DNA of 64,000 nucleotides, from contig OZ024746.1 of NCBI GenBank assembly GCA_964016885.1, positions 18,352,001 to 18,416,000 of the forward strand. The letters are read 5' to 3'. Below are positions 26,797 through 38,383 of this stretch, piece after piece. Each line of letters starts with the position of its first letter. Position 1 is the stretch's first letter. Below the pieces are notes generated by a model, which saw only the letters and a list, made by a program, of their open reading frames with translations, was not told the origin of the DNA and made no database searches. The translations under genes were made by a program, and so were the position numbers. The DNA comes from Eledone cirrhosa (lineage: Eukaryota).

Positions 26797-27452
26797 TATG
26801 AGGTGTGTCAGAAAAGTTCCAGGACTGATGTCACAAAAGATTTATTTCAAACCCAAACTTCACACTAAGAGTTTTCTCCTTCAAAGTAATCCCCCTGGAC
26901 TTTTCCATCCTTTTCTGCCACGCTTGCATGCACTCCTGGAAGGATTTTTCCGGGATCCTCCGCAGTTCCGTCGTCACGGCCTTTTTGATGTTGTCCTCCG
27001 GGTCGTACTCAAAGAATCATGACTCATCACCGGTGATGACTGTCCCTAGCAAGTCTGGTTCGGTTTCAAGACGCTCGAGGATGTCCTGGCACACTTGCAT
27101 GCGTCGACCCTTCTGGTCATTGTTCAGCAGTTTTGGCACCATCTTCGCGCAGACTTTCCGCATGTCCAAATCTTCAGTGAGAATCTTCCAGACGCTGTCT
27201 GATTCATACCCAGCTCATTTGCCATCAGTCGAACAGTCAGCCGACGATCGCTACGTACCATCTGCCTGACGCGCTCAACGTTGACCTCAGTCCTGGTTGT
27301 TGAGGGCCTTCCCCTCCTGGGGTCATCTTCCACGTCCTTGCGTCCTACTTTAAACCTCTTGTACCACTCAAAAACACGTGAGCGTGACATCGTCTCATCT
27401 CCATACACTTGCTGCAGCAATCCCAGTGCTTCTGATGGAGTTTTCCCCAACG
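26797..27452 (-). mobile_element. Internally deleted mariner transposon (HTH and partial DDD domain)
   Basis: GKTPSEALGLLQQVYGDETMSRSRVFEWYKRFK.GR.DVEDDPR.GRPST, VTGDES; TIR TATGAGGTGTGTCAGAAAAGT at left end. Confidence 0.9.
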
Positions 27453-27471
27453 TGTGTATATATATATATAT

Positions 27472-28208
27472 ATATATTTAGAAACACACAGATACATGCG
27501 GACACACACATATATACATGAATGCATCCGCACCCAACTAGTCGAGGAATTTAGGAACAGTTTAGGTATGATACATTTTATTACTAATTATATCTAAATG
27601 TTTCTTCTCTCTTCATAATGTATTTTTAACTCTGATACTGGTTCAGTCTAGTTCAAACTGAATTGGTCTGTCCCGGTCATTCATTGAGCAACATCGGTGA
27701 AGTTGGCACCCTTAACTCACAGTTGGGTGCGGATGCATTCATGTATATATGTGTGTGTCCGCATGTATCTGTGTGTTTCTAAATATATTAATAACTCCCT
27801 CTGGTCGAGCAATCTTTGAAGTGTGGGGACAACTGGAAAGCTTCCATTACTCATACTTCTCGCCTTCTTCACTACCTCTTCTGCGGCCTCGATATGAATA
27901 CCCCCTCCGCCTCCGTGGTATTTTCTTCGTGGTTATAAGAGGCTTAGCTCTGTTTCTCGACCGTTATATCGCGTGACTATCTCCCCCTCCGCCTTTTGGG
28001 ATTCTTTCTCACGTCGTGTAGACGCGTTCTTGAGACTAGTAAAATGAGGTATCCTCTTGATAAGTCGGCAGACCTCGCAAGGACTCTATATCTTTGATAT
28101 ATTGTTTTTGTTTATGCCACGAAACTACGTAGTCGAGGAATTTAGGAACAGTTTAGGTATGATACATTTTATTACTAATTATATCTAAATGTTTCTTCTC
28201 TCTTCATA

Positions 28209-28213
<5 letters not shown>
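27472..28213 (+). mobile_element. Family B non-coding hammerhead element: 591-bp unit with terminal direct repeat and 5' inversion
   Basis: 27540-27623 repeats at 28131-28213; 27472-27539 is the reverse complement of 27721-27788; flanked by (TA)n. Confidence 0.7.
28052..28139 (+). ncRNA. Type I hammerhead ribozyme, U3-A8 core variant (family B)
   Basis: TCCTC/GAGGA stem I, TTGATAA core, GT(C)GGCA/TGCCAC stem II, GAAA, palindromic ACTACGTAGT stem III, GUC cut after 28134. Confidence 0.8.
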
Positions 28214-28243
<30 letters not shown>

Positions 28244-28268
28244 TACGTGCATATATATATATACATAT

Positions 28269-28457
28269 ATATGAAAAGATTCAGGACCCCAACGGCTGAG
28301 CTCTGGCTGTTTTGACAGCTAGATCTGAACTCTTTGAAACGGCTGGAGCTCAGCCGTCGGAGTCCTGAAACTTTTCATATTACCCACTCTACTACCCCAA
28401 GTATCAAGTACTCTGGTGGATTATAGTCCACCTGGTATTTTACCACATCCTTTCTGA
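28269..28457 (+). mobile_element. Family D fold-back element with hammerhead 3' half
   Basis: Inverted arms 28269-28380; GAAACGGCTG..CAGCCGTC; tail homologous to 47950-48027; ends in (TA)n. Confidence 0.55.
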
Positions 28458-28765
28458 TATATATATATATATATATTTCCATATCCATTTTTTTATTTCT
28501 ATTTAAGAAAGAACACTGTTTGCTAAAGAGAAAATGAAATCAAAAGAAATGTCTGAAAAATTGCAAAATCTAAATACCACATATGGTAGATATGCTATTT
28601 CAAAGTTTGACATTTATTAGGAGTTATTGTGGGGCAGTGTGAGGGGTAGAAGCAGATTAATAATGGGCATCTTAATGGAGGATTTTAACATGTTTATGTT
28701 TTATATGACAATTGTACATTATAAACACAACAATCTCACAATGTCTCATATTTTTCTTTTCACAG

Positions 28766-28820
28766 ATGATAGATCGGCATTTTATATGCTTATGACTATG
28801 GTGGTGGCTAACCAACACAA
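28766..28820 (+). CDS. HACE1: HACE1 coding exon 2
   Basis: (D)DRSAFYMLMTMVVANQH(K); cag acceptor, GTAAGT donor, phases match. Confidence 0.9.
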
Positions 28821-29096
28821 GTAAGTATCATCATCATCATCACCGTTTAACGTCCATTTTTCCATGCAAGCATGGGTCAGACAGGTCGTCCACATTGAGA
28901 GACAAGTCTGGCCAGGATTAGCCATGCCATACCTTGTACCTTTCTCTGATGAGTCTGTAAATTTTGGACGGGGTTTTTACAGCTGGATGCCCTTCTTAAC
29001 ACCAACCCCATTTACAGTGTGGAACTGGATGGCAATGCTATGAGGTGAGACAGGCCAGTTAGCTGCTCCACACCCTTCTCACAGCGGAACCACTGT

Positions 29097-29132
<36 letters not shown>

Positions 29133-29859
29133 ACACACACGATAGACAGATAGATATACAATTCATCAAATACGCCACACACAACAACAACAACAACAAC
29201 AACAAAAACAATAACAACAATGACAACAACAAAGACATGAATATTAGATATACATGTATATCTGATATAAGTCATGTTTACTTTTACGAATTTATTATCA
29301 ATTTTTATTAAATCTGAAATTTGAAAGAAAAAAAATTTTTGAATGTTAAGCTTCAATGATTTGTAAAGACACCAGTAGAAGGAAATTGATTAACAAGATC
29401 CCAGACCTCATTTGTTTACCAAGTGGGGTGGACCTCATCATATCAGACCAAGGAAATGATGTTTCCATTGCTGGTACTATCTACCAGTCACAGCTCCTGG
29501 CAGAATTAGCAACGTGAAATAAAGTCTCTTGCTCCAGGTCATAACACATTGCCCAGGCCAGGAATCGAACTAGCAACTTTAATCTCTTACCACTAAATAA
29601 TAAAAGCTTGTTTCTCTAGTAAAGGATATATGGTTACAAATTAATAGCACCAAAAGAAAGCCTAGTGCTGGTGCCAGTTAAGCCAACATAACCCATTCCA
29701 TCAAATAGGACTTGATGTCATAACTAAAAACTAATATTTGTAAAAAATAAACATTATTTCAATAAATCACTAATTCAAAGAAACAGTAGCACAAGAAAGG
29801 CAGGCTTTCTATGATGTATTCCAAATATGTTTACTTATTTTAAAAAATATTCATTATCA

Positions 29860-30125
29860 TCATTGCAACAACAGTTGAACATTCCTGACAAAGTCCCTCC
29901 ACAATTCACGATTTTCCATTGCTCCTGGCAACTGCTCCCTACTGAGGTTTGTATCATCTGAGAGTTGATCAATAAAGGTTCAAGCAGGTCTTCTTCTACT
30001 GCGTCTTCCATGAGTTGGTTCCCACAATAGTAGCTTGTGTATAACTTCCTGCTTACTTCTCCAGCAATGTCCTGCAAATTGTAACTGTTTTTGAGCAATT
30101 GTAGTTGTTATCTTGGGCAAGTTTC
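29860..30125 (-). mobile_element. RTE/RTE-X LINE 3' fragment
   Basis: LQFAGHCWRSK..KLLLWEP.HGRRSR.RP..FIDQL homology. Confidence 0.7.
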
Positions 30126-30192
30126 TGTATAAACTTTCATTTATAAATATTAAAAGAGTATTAAAACATATTTTAATTAAATTTCTTTATAG

Positions 30193-30282
30193 GTCTGTGT
30201 TGGACCTACTGCAAAATTCTCTCTTTGATGTGAATTATGCATGTGGGCGTGCTCAGCGGAACCTTCTGCACATTGCTGCCAA
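30193..30282 (+). CDS. HACE1: HACE1 coding exon 3
   Basis: [29 protein letters not shown](N); ankyrin repeat start. Confidence 0.95.
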
Positions 30283-30655
30283 GTAAGTTTGATTTCCATC
30301 TTGTCAATTATTTGTTTTTTTACAGTTTTACTTTAGTATTGTTGGTTGCAGATTTACAACAGGCCAATCGCTGGTTTACTGCATTGCTGATGGTAAGAGT
30401 AACAAGGGAATGTCTGTGTAACTCAGTGCAGAATCAATATTACAAAGGACTTTGACAAGCACTTTTTTTATTTTTTTGGTTGGTTCCATCAGTAATGTTT
30501 GCTACATCCTTTGCCAATATACATTAGTGAAGGATATGTGCATACATACTCATACACTAGAAACATACCTAGCATTGCCTAGGAAATATATCACTCAGTG
30601 CATGTGTGTGTCCATGTCTGTGTTCTTTTCTCTTCAAAGAGTTAGAGAGTCCCTC

Positions 30656-30687
<32 letters not shown>

Positions 30688-31200
30688 AGGTTTCTTGGTG
30701 AGGAGGGTGACTTTGGACATCCTGCAGGACTAAAAACAAAACCTGTCAAAGGGCAAAGGAGCTCTTAAGAGTCAATGGCCATCCAAAATCACCGGGAGAG
30801 ATGACCCCTTAGCCTTTGTCAAGGCAGAATTCTAGGAGAAGGAAAACTCTGATATAACACCTGCAACCCTGATGGTATCCAATGATGTTGACTTGTTTTT
30901 CTTTTTGGTAAATATCATCTGGGTTAAGAGAGTGGGACTGGCTTTGTGCAGTGCCTTTGCTCACTATAAAAGCTTCATGGCACAGGCATTGCTTTATATC
31001 TGGAGATCTCTCTGCACTTGTCGTCGCATGGTATCATGGGCCCAGCACTATGTGTCAATAATTGTCACATGTGTAGTGTTTGTACCAGAGTTTTCAAGTC
31101 GCTGGCTGGACTAAAGTCACACTCGTTCAGCGCATCAGTAGGAGTTCTACATGGATATAAAGTAGTGGCCGTACTCGAAAACAAGTTGGCAGCCACCATG
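30688..31200 (+). mobile_element. Non-autonomous bipartite RTE-derived element
   Basis: Near-identical to copies at 48062-49270; 3' end encodes C..C.RVFKSLAGL.SH zinc-finger remnant; (TATG)n tail. Confidence 0.75.
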
Positions 31201-32032
31201 TATATATGTATGTATATATGTATCATCATCATCATCGTTTAACATCCATCTTCCATGCTAGCATAAGTTAGACGGTTTTGTTCCATTTGATGCGGGAATG
31301 GTCATATATATATTTATATATTTATTAAAATAACAGATTAAAGTTTAAGCAAAGAATCATTGCTTTCACCCTTAACAGGATCTTCTGAAATTAAAAAAAT
31401 CAATCTGTGAACGCAGAAGTAAATATTTCGAAAAACGTTGCAACCGAAGGAAAACAGGAAGACGATACTTTAGTTCGTGAAGACGTTGCCTGACAATGAA
31501 CGGAAAAATAATACGTCATTATGTAGAGTGATGAGAACAATTACACCAAAGACAAAGCCACGTTTATGGTATAAATGAAGTCGTAGACTAATATTCTATT
31601 TAGGAAACTGAATGATTCTCGGCTTCAGAGTTAAGAATAATGTAAATAAATTAGTAGATCGAAAATAACAGAGGTTATTGAAATCAACAATAATTGAATA
31701 AATACATACACGCATCCATATATGTACTTACACATACATTTGCGAAAACACCCACCATGGTATGCATATACAAGCACGTACACATAAGCACGCGCACACA
31801 TACAAAAACCCACGCGACACCTGTATCCGCACACATACAAACGTATACACCAAATACACATAAAAAAAATATATATGTGTGTGTGTGTGTGTGTGCGTGT
31901 ATACATATAATTATATAAACGTATATAAATATACACACATAAATACGTATATAACGCACACACACATTCAAACAGAACTCAAAATGATAAGTTCTTGTTT
32001 TGAATATGTCACTATCTGTAAAACAACTTTCA

Positions 32033-32094
32033 TATTTTATCTGATGAGAGCGTGCCAAAAATTTTGGTACCCTTGAAATATATATAATAAAATA
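32033..32094 (+). ncRNA. Type I hammerhead ribozyme, family A copy 5 (HACE1 intron 3)
   Basis: Perfect 8-bp stem I TATTTTAT/ATAAAATA, CTGATGA 32041-32047, GAAA 32075-32078, palindromic ATATATAT stem III. Confidence 0.8.
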
Positions 32095-32990
32095 AATATG
32101 GTTTTATAAAGATAGTTTCCATTTATTGATATTATACTCCAGAAGAATTTTGTAGAGTGCTTCTAATCTGTTATAAACTAAATTTGTTGAATAACCAACA
32201 AATTAAATAACTCATTGCTTATATATATATATTGCTTATATATATATTGAAATGCGCATAATAAAATACATGGAACTCTTTTAACCATCTTTTGATTTTA
32301 TATATATATATATATAATGGAGGCACCTGGCTTAGTGGTTAGAGCATTGGCCTTGCAATAGAAAGGTTGTGAGTTCAGTTCTCAGACCGGGTGATGTGTT
32401 GTTTCCTTGAGCAATATTTCACATTGCTCCAGTTTACTCAGCTGTAGAAATGAGATGATAGGGACTGGGGTCCCTATCATTCCACTGCAAAGTGGTCGTG
32501 GAGGTGCCACGGCAAAAAAGCACCCAGCACTCACTGTAAATGAGGTTGGTGTTAGGAGGGGCATCCAGCTGTAGAAATCAAGCCAGCATCAGTTCCCGTC
32601 CCACCCTTGCAAGCAGGGAAAAAGCGGACGTAAAATGAAATAATGATGATGATGATTATATATATATATATAGAGAGAGAGAGAGATTATTTAATTCAAG
32701 TAAATGGTTGTTAATTTATTTACATGTTTTTGTTTTAAAAAAACATAAATAAAGAGAAGATGGAGAATGTGAAAGAGAGAGAGAGGGAGAATGTTGACTG
32801 GATTCCTGTTTCTGCTACCTTTGATTCATGGTGGCTATTTTTGAATTTATAAATTCATTGAGTTCAAAATAATATTTATATTTTCCATTATATTGAGATG
32901 TAAATATTTGAAATATGTTTTTGTAACTAAAACATTTATGGTTTTTAATATCTTTTTTAGAATTTCATTTCATTACTACAAAAATAAAGA

Positions 32991-33052
<62 letters not shown>

Positions 33053-33055
<3 letters not shown>

Positions 33056-33880
33056 TCATCATCATCACCGTTTTACGTCCGTTCTAGCATGGGTTAGACG
33101 GGTTGTCCTGTTGTGGGCAGTGTCTGGTCAGCTGACCATGCCTTGCTCATACAGGAACTGATTTTGGCTTGCTTTCTACAGCTGGATGCCCTTCCTAACA
33201 CCAACCTCATTTACAGTGAGTGCTGGGTGCTTTTTCCGTGACGCCTACACGTCCACTTTATAGTGTGGGCTGGGTGCTTTTTTGCTGTGGCACCTCCACG
33301 ACCACCTTGCAGTGGGAGGGTGTGGGGGCATATTGTCTATATGCTTCAGCTTGTACCCATGGGAGGTCGGGTACTCTGTATTACTGCGTGACGCCAGAGG
33401 TCACGGTCGTGTGTCATCGCCTTTGAGAGGTGTAATTGGGTAAGGTCGGCTTTTATCACCTCATCCCAGGTCTTCTTGGGTCTCCCCACTCCGCGGTTTC
33501 CATTGACTTCTAGTGCTCTGCACCTTTTTATGCAGCTGTCATCCTTCATTCGCATCACATGTCCATACCAACGCAACCGCCTCTCCTGCACGCAGCATTT
33601 GATTCCTCTTATGCTCAGTCTCTCTCTCAATTCATTTATGCTTTGTCGTTCGCGTATATTACTATTACACATCCATCGAAGCATGCAGGCTTCGTTTCTT
33701 TTTAATCTACGTAAGTCTTCCACCTTCAGCGCCCAGGTCTCACTACCATGTAACATTGCTGTTCGTATACACGCATCATACAGTCTGCCTTTCATTTTGA
33801 GGGAAAAGCCTTTTGCAGCTAGCAGTGGCAGTAGTTCCCTGAACTTCTTCCATCCCGTTCTTACCCTAGTTATTGTACTT
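33053..33880 (-). mobile_element. 5'-truncated RTE LINE
   Basis: ORF 33346-33795 nearly identical to 16506-16955. Confidence 0.9.
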
Positions 33881-34267
33881 TATATATATATGTGTGTGTG
33901 TGTGTGTGAATATTTATATATATATATGGCAGTTTGAAAAATTTCTCTCCCTCACTCTCTTTTTTACTCCCTCCTCTCTCACTCTCTTTTTCTCTCCTTC
34001 TCACTCTTTTTCCTCCCCCTCTCTTTATTTTCTCCTCCCTCCTCTCTCAGATTTAAATGCGTCATTAATCGTGACTGACTATAGAAAACATTCCATCTAC
34101 CTAATTCTCATAAAGTTGACACACAGTTAATATGTTATAACATTGCAGCTATGGCTGCAGTATTAAAAAGCCAAATTATGTATGTCACTCTTACTTCAGA
34201 AGTACACAAGCTGATACAATGGTCTCAATGAAATAAAGTGACAATACTTTTGAAAGAAACAAAAAAA

Positions 34268-34301
<34 letters not shown>

Positions 34302-34383
34302 ATATATATTATATAAAATACATAGCAAACTGTATACCTTCCTAGCAAGCTATTACACATCAAAAAGCAATAGGAAAAACAAA

Positions 34384-35185
34384 TTTCACCTCCAAAATGA
34401 AACCGGTGTAATGTTCACCTCCAAAGTAAAACAGGTGTAATATTCAGCTCCAAAGTGAAACCAGTGTAATATTCAGCTCCAAAGTGAAACCGGTGTAATA
34501 TTCACCTCCAAAGTGAAACCAGTGTAATATTCACCTCCAAAGTAAAACAGGTGTAATATTCACCTCCAAAGTAAAACAGGTGTAATATTCAGCTCCAAAG
34601 TGAAACCAGTGTAATATTCACCTCCAAAGTAAAACCGGTGTAATATTCACCTCCAAAGTGAAACCAGTGTAATATTCACCTCCAAAGTAAAACAGGTGTA
34701 ATATTCACTCCCAAAGTAAAACAGGTGTAATATTCACCTCCAAAGTAAAACCGGTGTAATATTCACCTCCAAAGTGAAACCAGTGTAATATTCACCTCCA
34801 AAGTAAAACAGGTGTAATATTCACTCCCAAAGTAAAACAGGTGTAATATTCACCTCCAAAGTAAAACCGGTGTAATATTCACCTCCAAAGTGAAACCAGT
34901 GTAATATTCACCTCCAAAGTGAAACCAGTGTAATATTCACCTCCAAAGTAAAACAGGTGTAATATTCACTCCCAAAGTAAAACAGGTGTAATATTCACCT
35001 CCAAAGTAAAACAGGTGTAATATTCACTCCCAAAGTAAAACAGGTGTAATATTCACTCCCAAAGTAAAACAGGTGTAATATTCACCTCCAAAGTGAAACC
35101 GGTGTAATATTCACCTCCAAAGTGAAACCGGTGTAATATTCACCTCCAAAGTGGAACCAGTGTAATATTCACTACCAAAGCGAAA
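34384..35185. repeat. 29-bp minisatellite, about 28 copies
   Basis: Unit AATATTCACCTCCAAAGT(G/A)AAAC(C/A)(G/A)GTGT. Confidence 0.97.
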
Positions 35186-35789
35186 ATATTTTAGTACTTT
35201 ATTTACATAGAATTTGAAGTTGATAAAAATCAGCATTATATTGACCTCGGATAGAAGCTGACTTCCCACGGGTACAAGCCAAAGCTGAAGCATATAGACA
35301 GTATGCCCCCCCCCCCCCCATCCCACTGTAAAATGGTCATGTAGGTGTCACGACAAAAAAGCACCCAGTCCACACTGTAAAGTGGTCGTGTAGGCGCCAT
35401 GGTAAAAAAGCACCCAGTACTCACTGTAAATGAGGTTGGTGTTAGGAAGGGCACCCAGCTGTAGAAATCAAGCCAAAATCACTTCCTGTATGAGCAAAAC
35501 ATGGTCACCTGACCTGGCATTACTCACAACAGGACAACCCGTCTAACCCATGATAGCGTGGAAGAATGGACGTAAAACGGTGGTAATGATGATGATATAT
35601 AAAGTTATATCTGTAAACATACAGAGTTTGTATATAAATATACACATTTAATATGTAAGTATATAAACATACCAAAAAATACAAATTTCCCTGTAAATTG
35701 AAAAAGATATATATATAGAAAGAAAAAGAGTGAATTTCCTTTCAAAACTTATATGTTTTTGTTTGTTTGTTTGTTTTCTTCCCTGGCAG

Positions 35790-35894
35790 CTGTGGAAGCT
35801 ATGAATGTTTAAGTCTCCTGCTTAAAAAAGGTGCAACAGTGAATGCAAGAGATGTTTCAGGATGTACTCCTTTGCACCTTGCAGCACGTAATGG
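35790..35894 (+). CDS. HACE1: HACE1 coding exon 4
   Basis: [34 protein letters not shown](G); ankyrin. Confidence 0.95.
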
Positions 35895-36024
35895 GTAAGT
35901 TGCATTTTTAATCTAAGGTATATATATATATTTATTAAAATAACAAATTTGCTCTAGGGTTCTTATATATATGATATATATTTAGCCTTATCAAACCCTC
36001 TTTGGATTTTAGTCTTCACATTTA

Positions 36025-36059
<35 letters not shown>

Positions 36060-36060
<1 letters not shown>

Positions 36061-36710
36061 AATGGAAAAAATGAAACGAAATTTCATTTCCCACTCTTAG
36101 TACGGCTGTTACTTAAATATAAGTATGTACACGTACATACATATATGTATACAGATGCACAGTAGTATGTATATATATATGTACGTATGGATTCACCGAA
36201 CATTTATTATAATGCTCGGTGTGTTTGTAAACAAACATCCCGTATTAAGCCGGACAGTGTCTAGCAACCATCGTTGCTCATTTGTTCAACACTGACAAAG
36301 GACCGCTGTACTAGTTTCAAGCTTATTAGCTATCGTCAGTAATGTATACCTTCCTGCCAGATTGTTGAACGTATATACTTACCTTATGCATATTAACGGC
36401 TGAGTAGCCCAATTTGCATATCGAGTGGGTTAATTGGCCGGGTGCACCGAAAACGATAAATGGAAAAAATGAAACAAAATTTCATTTCCCACTCTTAGTA
36501 TGGCTGTTACTTAAATAGTATAGCGGTCCTTTGTCAGTGTTGAACAAATGAGCAACGATGGTTGCTGGACACTACGGCTTAATACGGGATGTTTGTTTAC
36601 AAACACACCGAGCATTATAATAAATGTTTGGTGAATCCATACGTACATATATATATGTGTGCATGTATGTATATATATATATACATGCTACTGTGGGTCT
36701 GTATACATAT
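36060..36710 (-). mobile_element. Family C non-coding hammerhead element: 398-bp unit with terminal direct repeat and inversion
   Basis: 36060-36119 repeats at 36458-36517; about 36143-36313 is inverted at 36516-36710; flanked by (TA)n. Confidence 0.7.
36303..36344 (-). ncRNA. Minimal type I hammerhead ribozyme (family C), partly degenerate
   Basis: Minus strand CATTA-CTGACGA-T AGCT AATA AGCT T-GAAA-CTAG-TA-CAGCGG; stem I imperfect. Confidence 0.6.
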
Positions 36711-36901
36711 ATATATATATATATATATTACACACACACATATACACACACATGCACATATAAGTGGCTTTCATAATAACCACAAAAGTACATAAAACCA
36801 ATGAAGTCACTGTAAAATTAAAGTTAAAATGACATGATGTAAATTTGAGAAAATAGAATTTGTAAGAATGTATTTTATTTCTTTATTTTTGTTGTCATCA
36901 G

Positions 36902-36977
36902 CAAGAGGAAATGTCTTAATAAACTGCTAGAACATGATGCTGATATCAATATTAGAAATAACGAAGGACTCACAACA
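36902..36977 (+). CDS. HACE1: HACE1 coding exon 5
   Basis: KRKCLNKLLEHDADINIRNNEGLTT; ankyrin. Confidence 0.95.
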
Positions 36978-37441
36978 GTATGTATAAATACTTGTATCTT
37001 CTGTACTTGGAATGATTTATGAGTGTTTCTTAGATGTGTTTGTTTAATAGCACCTCAGGAGGGCAGATGACTGGACAACCAGCTAAAAGACTAGTTTACT
37101 TTATTTATTTATTCAATTTAAACGTCTGTATAGAGCTAGTAAACCATGACAGACTAGGGGAAGTATGGAGTACTCCTTACAGTTGATAATCAAAAAGAGC
37201 TAGTGAACTAGAAAAAAAAAAATGTTTATAAGGGTAAAAAGATAAAATAACAAAAATAAAATTTAAAATATTGAAGGCCAATGGGAGGTAGATTATGCAT
37301 AAGAAAAGGAAAAAGAAAAGAGGAAACAAGGGAAGCTGTAAACAGCTAGAAGTTTCTGTTGTGTATATAGCCTGTCATTATGATGGTATCATCTTCATAA
37401 CAAAGACACTTATCTGGTAGCACCACAGGAGGGCATGTGAC

Positions 37442-37583
37442 TGAGTTTATACACGACCAGATAATAACCAGTGTGTGAATATATATTGTATATTGAGTTT
37501 ATACACGACCAGATAATAACCAGTGTGTGAATATATATTGTATATTGAGTTTATACACGACCAGATAATAACCAGTGTGTGAG
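37442..37583. repeat. 52-bp tandem repeat, about 2.7 copies, just upstream of exon 6
   Basis: TGAGTTTATACACGACCAGATAATAACCAGTGTGTGA x3. Confidence 0.95.
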
Positions 37584-37641
37584 TGAGAAAGAAACCTTTC
37601 TTTCATGATACTAATTTGTATAATTTTTTTCTATACTACAG

Positions 37642-37719
37642 ATCCATTGGCTTGCTGTTAATGGCCGAACTGAATTATTACATGATCTTCTCTTGTATGT
37701 CAGTGATGTTGACATTGAG
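37642..37719 (+). CDS. HACE1: HACE1 coding exon 6
   Basis: [26 protein letters not shown], near-identical to HACE1 ankyrin repeat. Confidence 0.95.
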
Positions 37720-37924
37720 GTAAATATTAACTCCCCAATTGTCAAGACCAATTTATTCATGTATTGTGTTTTTATTTCTTGATATAAAGTAATAAAGAAA
37801 CAAATATTTCCAGCCCAGTAGAGGAATATCAATGCATGTTGATGACTTACAATGCATACGTCTAACTTTATATGTGCATATCAATAATATATTATTAATA
37901 ACTTGATGTGATTTTACATTAAAT

Positions 37925-38241
37925 CAGTGGTTCCCAATGTAGGGTACACGCTCCACAGGGGAACAATTTGAAAATAATGTTAATGAGAACAAACTTCAGG
38001 TTTTACCTTATTACTTTTACACCAATGCAACTTTGGTACACATTACTGTCAGAAACCCTTGTCTCACCTCCTCCTCCTCCTCCACACATGTTATTGTATA
38101 TTTGGCACTACTATATGCCAATTTGTTTACACTTTGTAGTTGATCATCACAGTTTTCATATTAAGTGGCTGGGGTGGAGGGACATAATATTTTTAAAGAT
38201 ATTGAAGTGAGTCTTGGTACACAAAAGGTTGGGAACCACTG
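37925..38241. mobile_element. hAT (Charlie-like) MITE
   Basis: TIR CAGTGGTTCCCAA / TTGGGAACCACTG. Confidence 0.75.
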
Positions 38242-38329
38242 CAGTGGATGTTTAAGAAAGTGTTGATGTTTTGTTACCTCAACTATAAATAAAACTTCAT
38301 TTAACCTTATTTCATTATTTCTATTATAG

Positions 38330-38383
38330 GATAGCCAAGGTCAAACAGCGATTCATGTGGCCTGTCAAAATGGACATAATTCA
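38330..38383 (+). CDS. HACE1: HACE1 coding exon 7
   Basis: DSQGQTAIHVACQNGHNS. Confidence 0.95.

Noticed and set aside
27124-27450. SETMAR-like host gene
   Set aside because: Transposase fragment with frameshift, internal deletion and interrupted 5' end; no SET domain
28946-28975. CTGATGAGTCT...GGACG hammerhead-like start
   Set aside because: GAAA replaced by GGGG, no stem I/III; lies in the body of a common SINE/RTE tail
32318-32392. tRNA-like sequences (also 44560-44630, 49335-49400)
   Set aside because: SINE heads continuing into SINE bodies; no complete cloverleaf
34384-35185. CRISPR-like appearance of the 29-bp (and 25-bp) arrays
   Set aside because: Head-to-tail units with no unique spacers, no cas genes, eukaryotic intron
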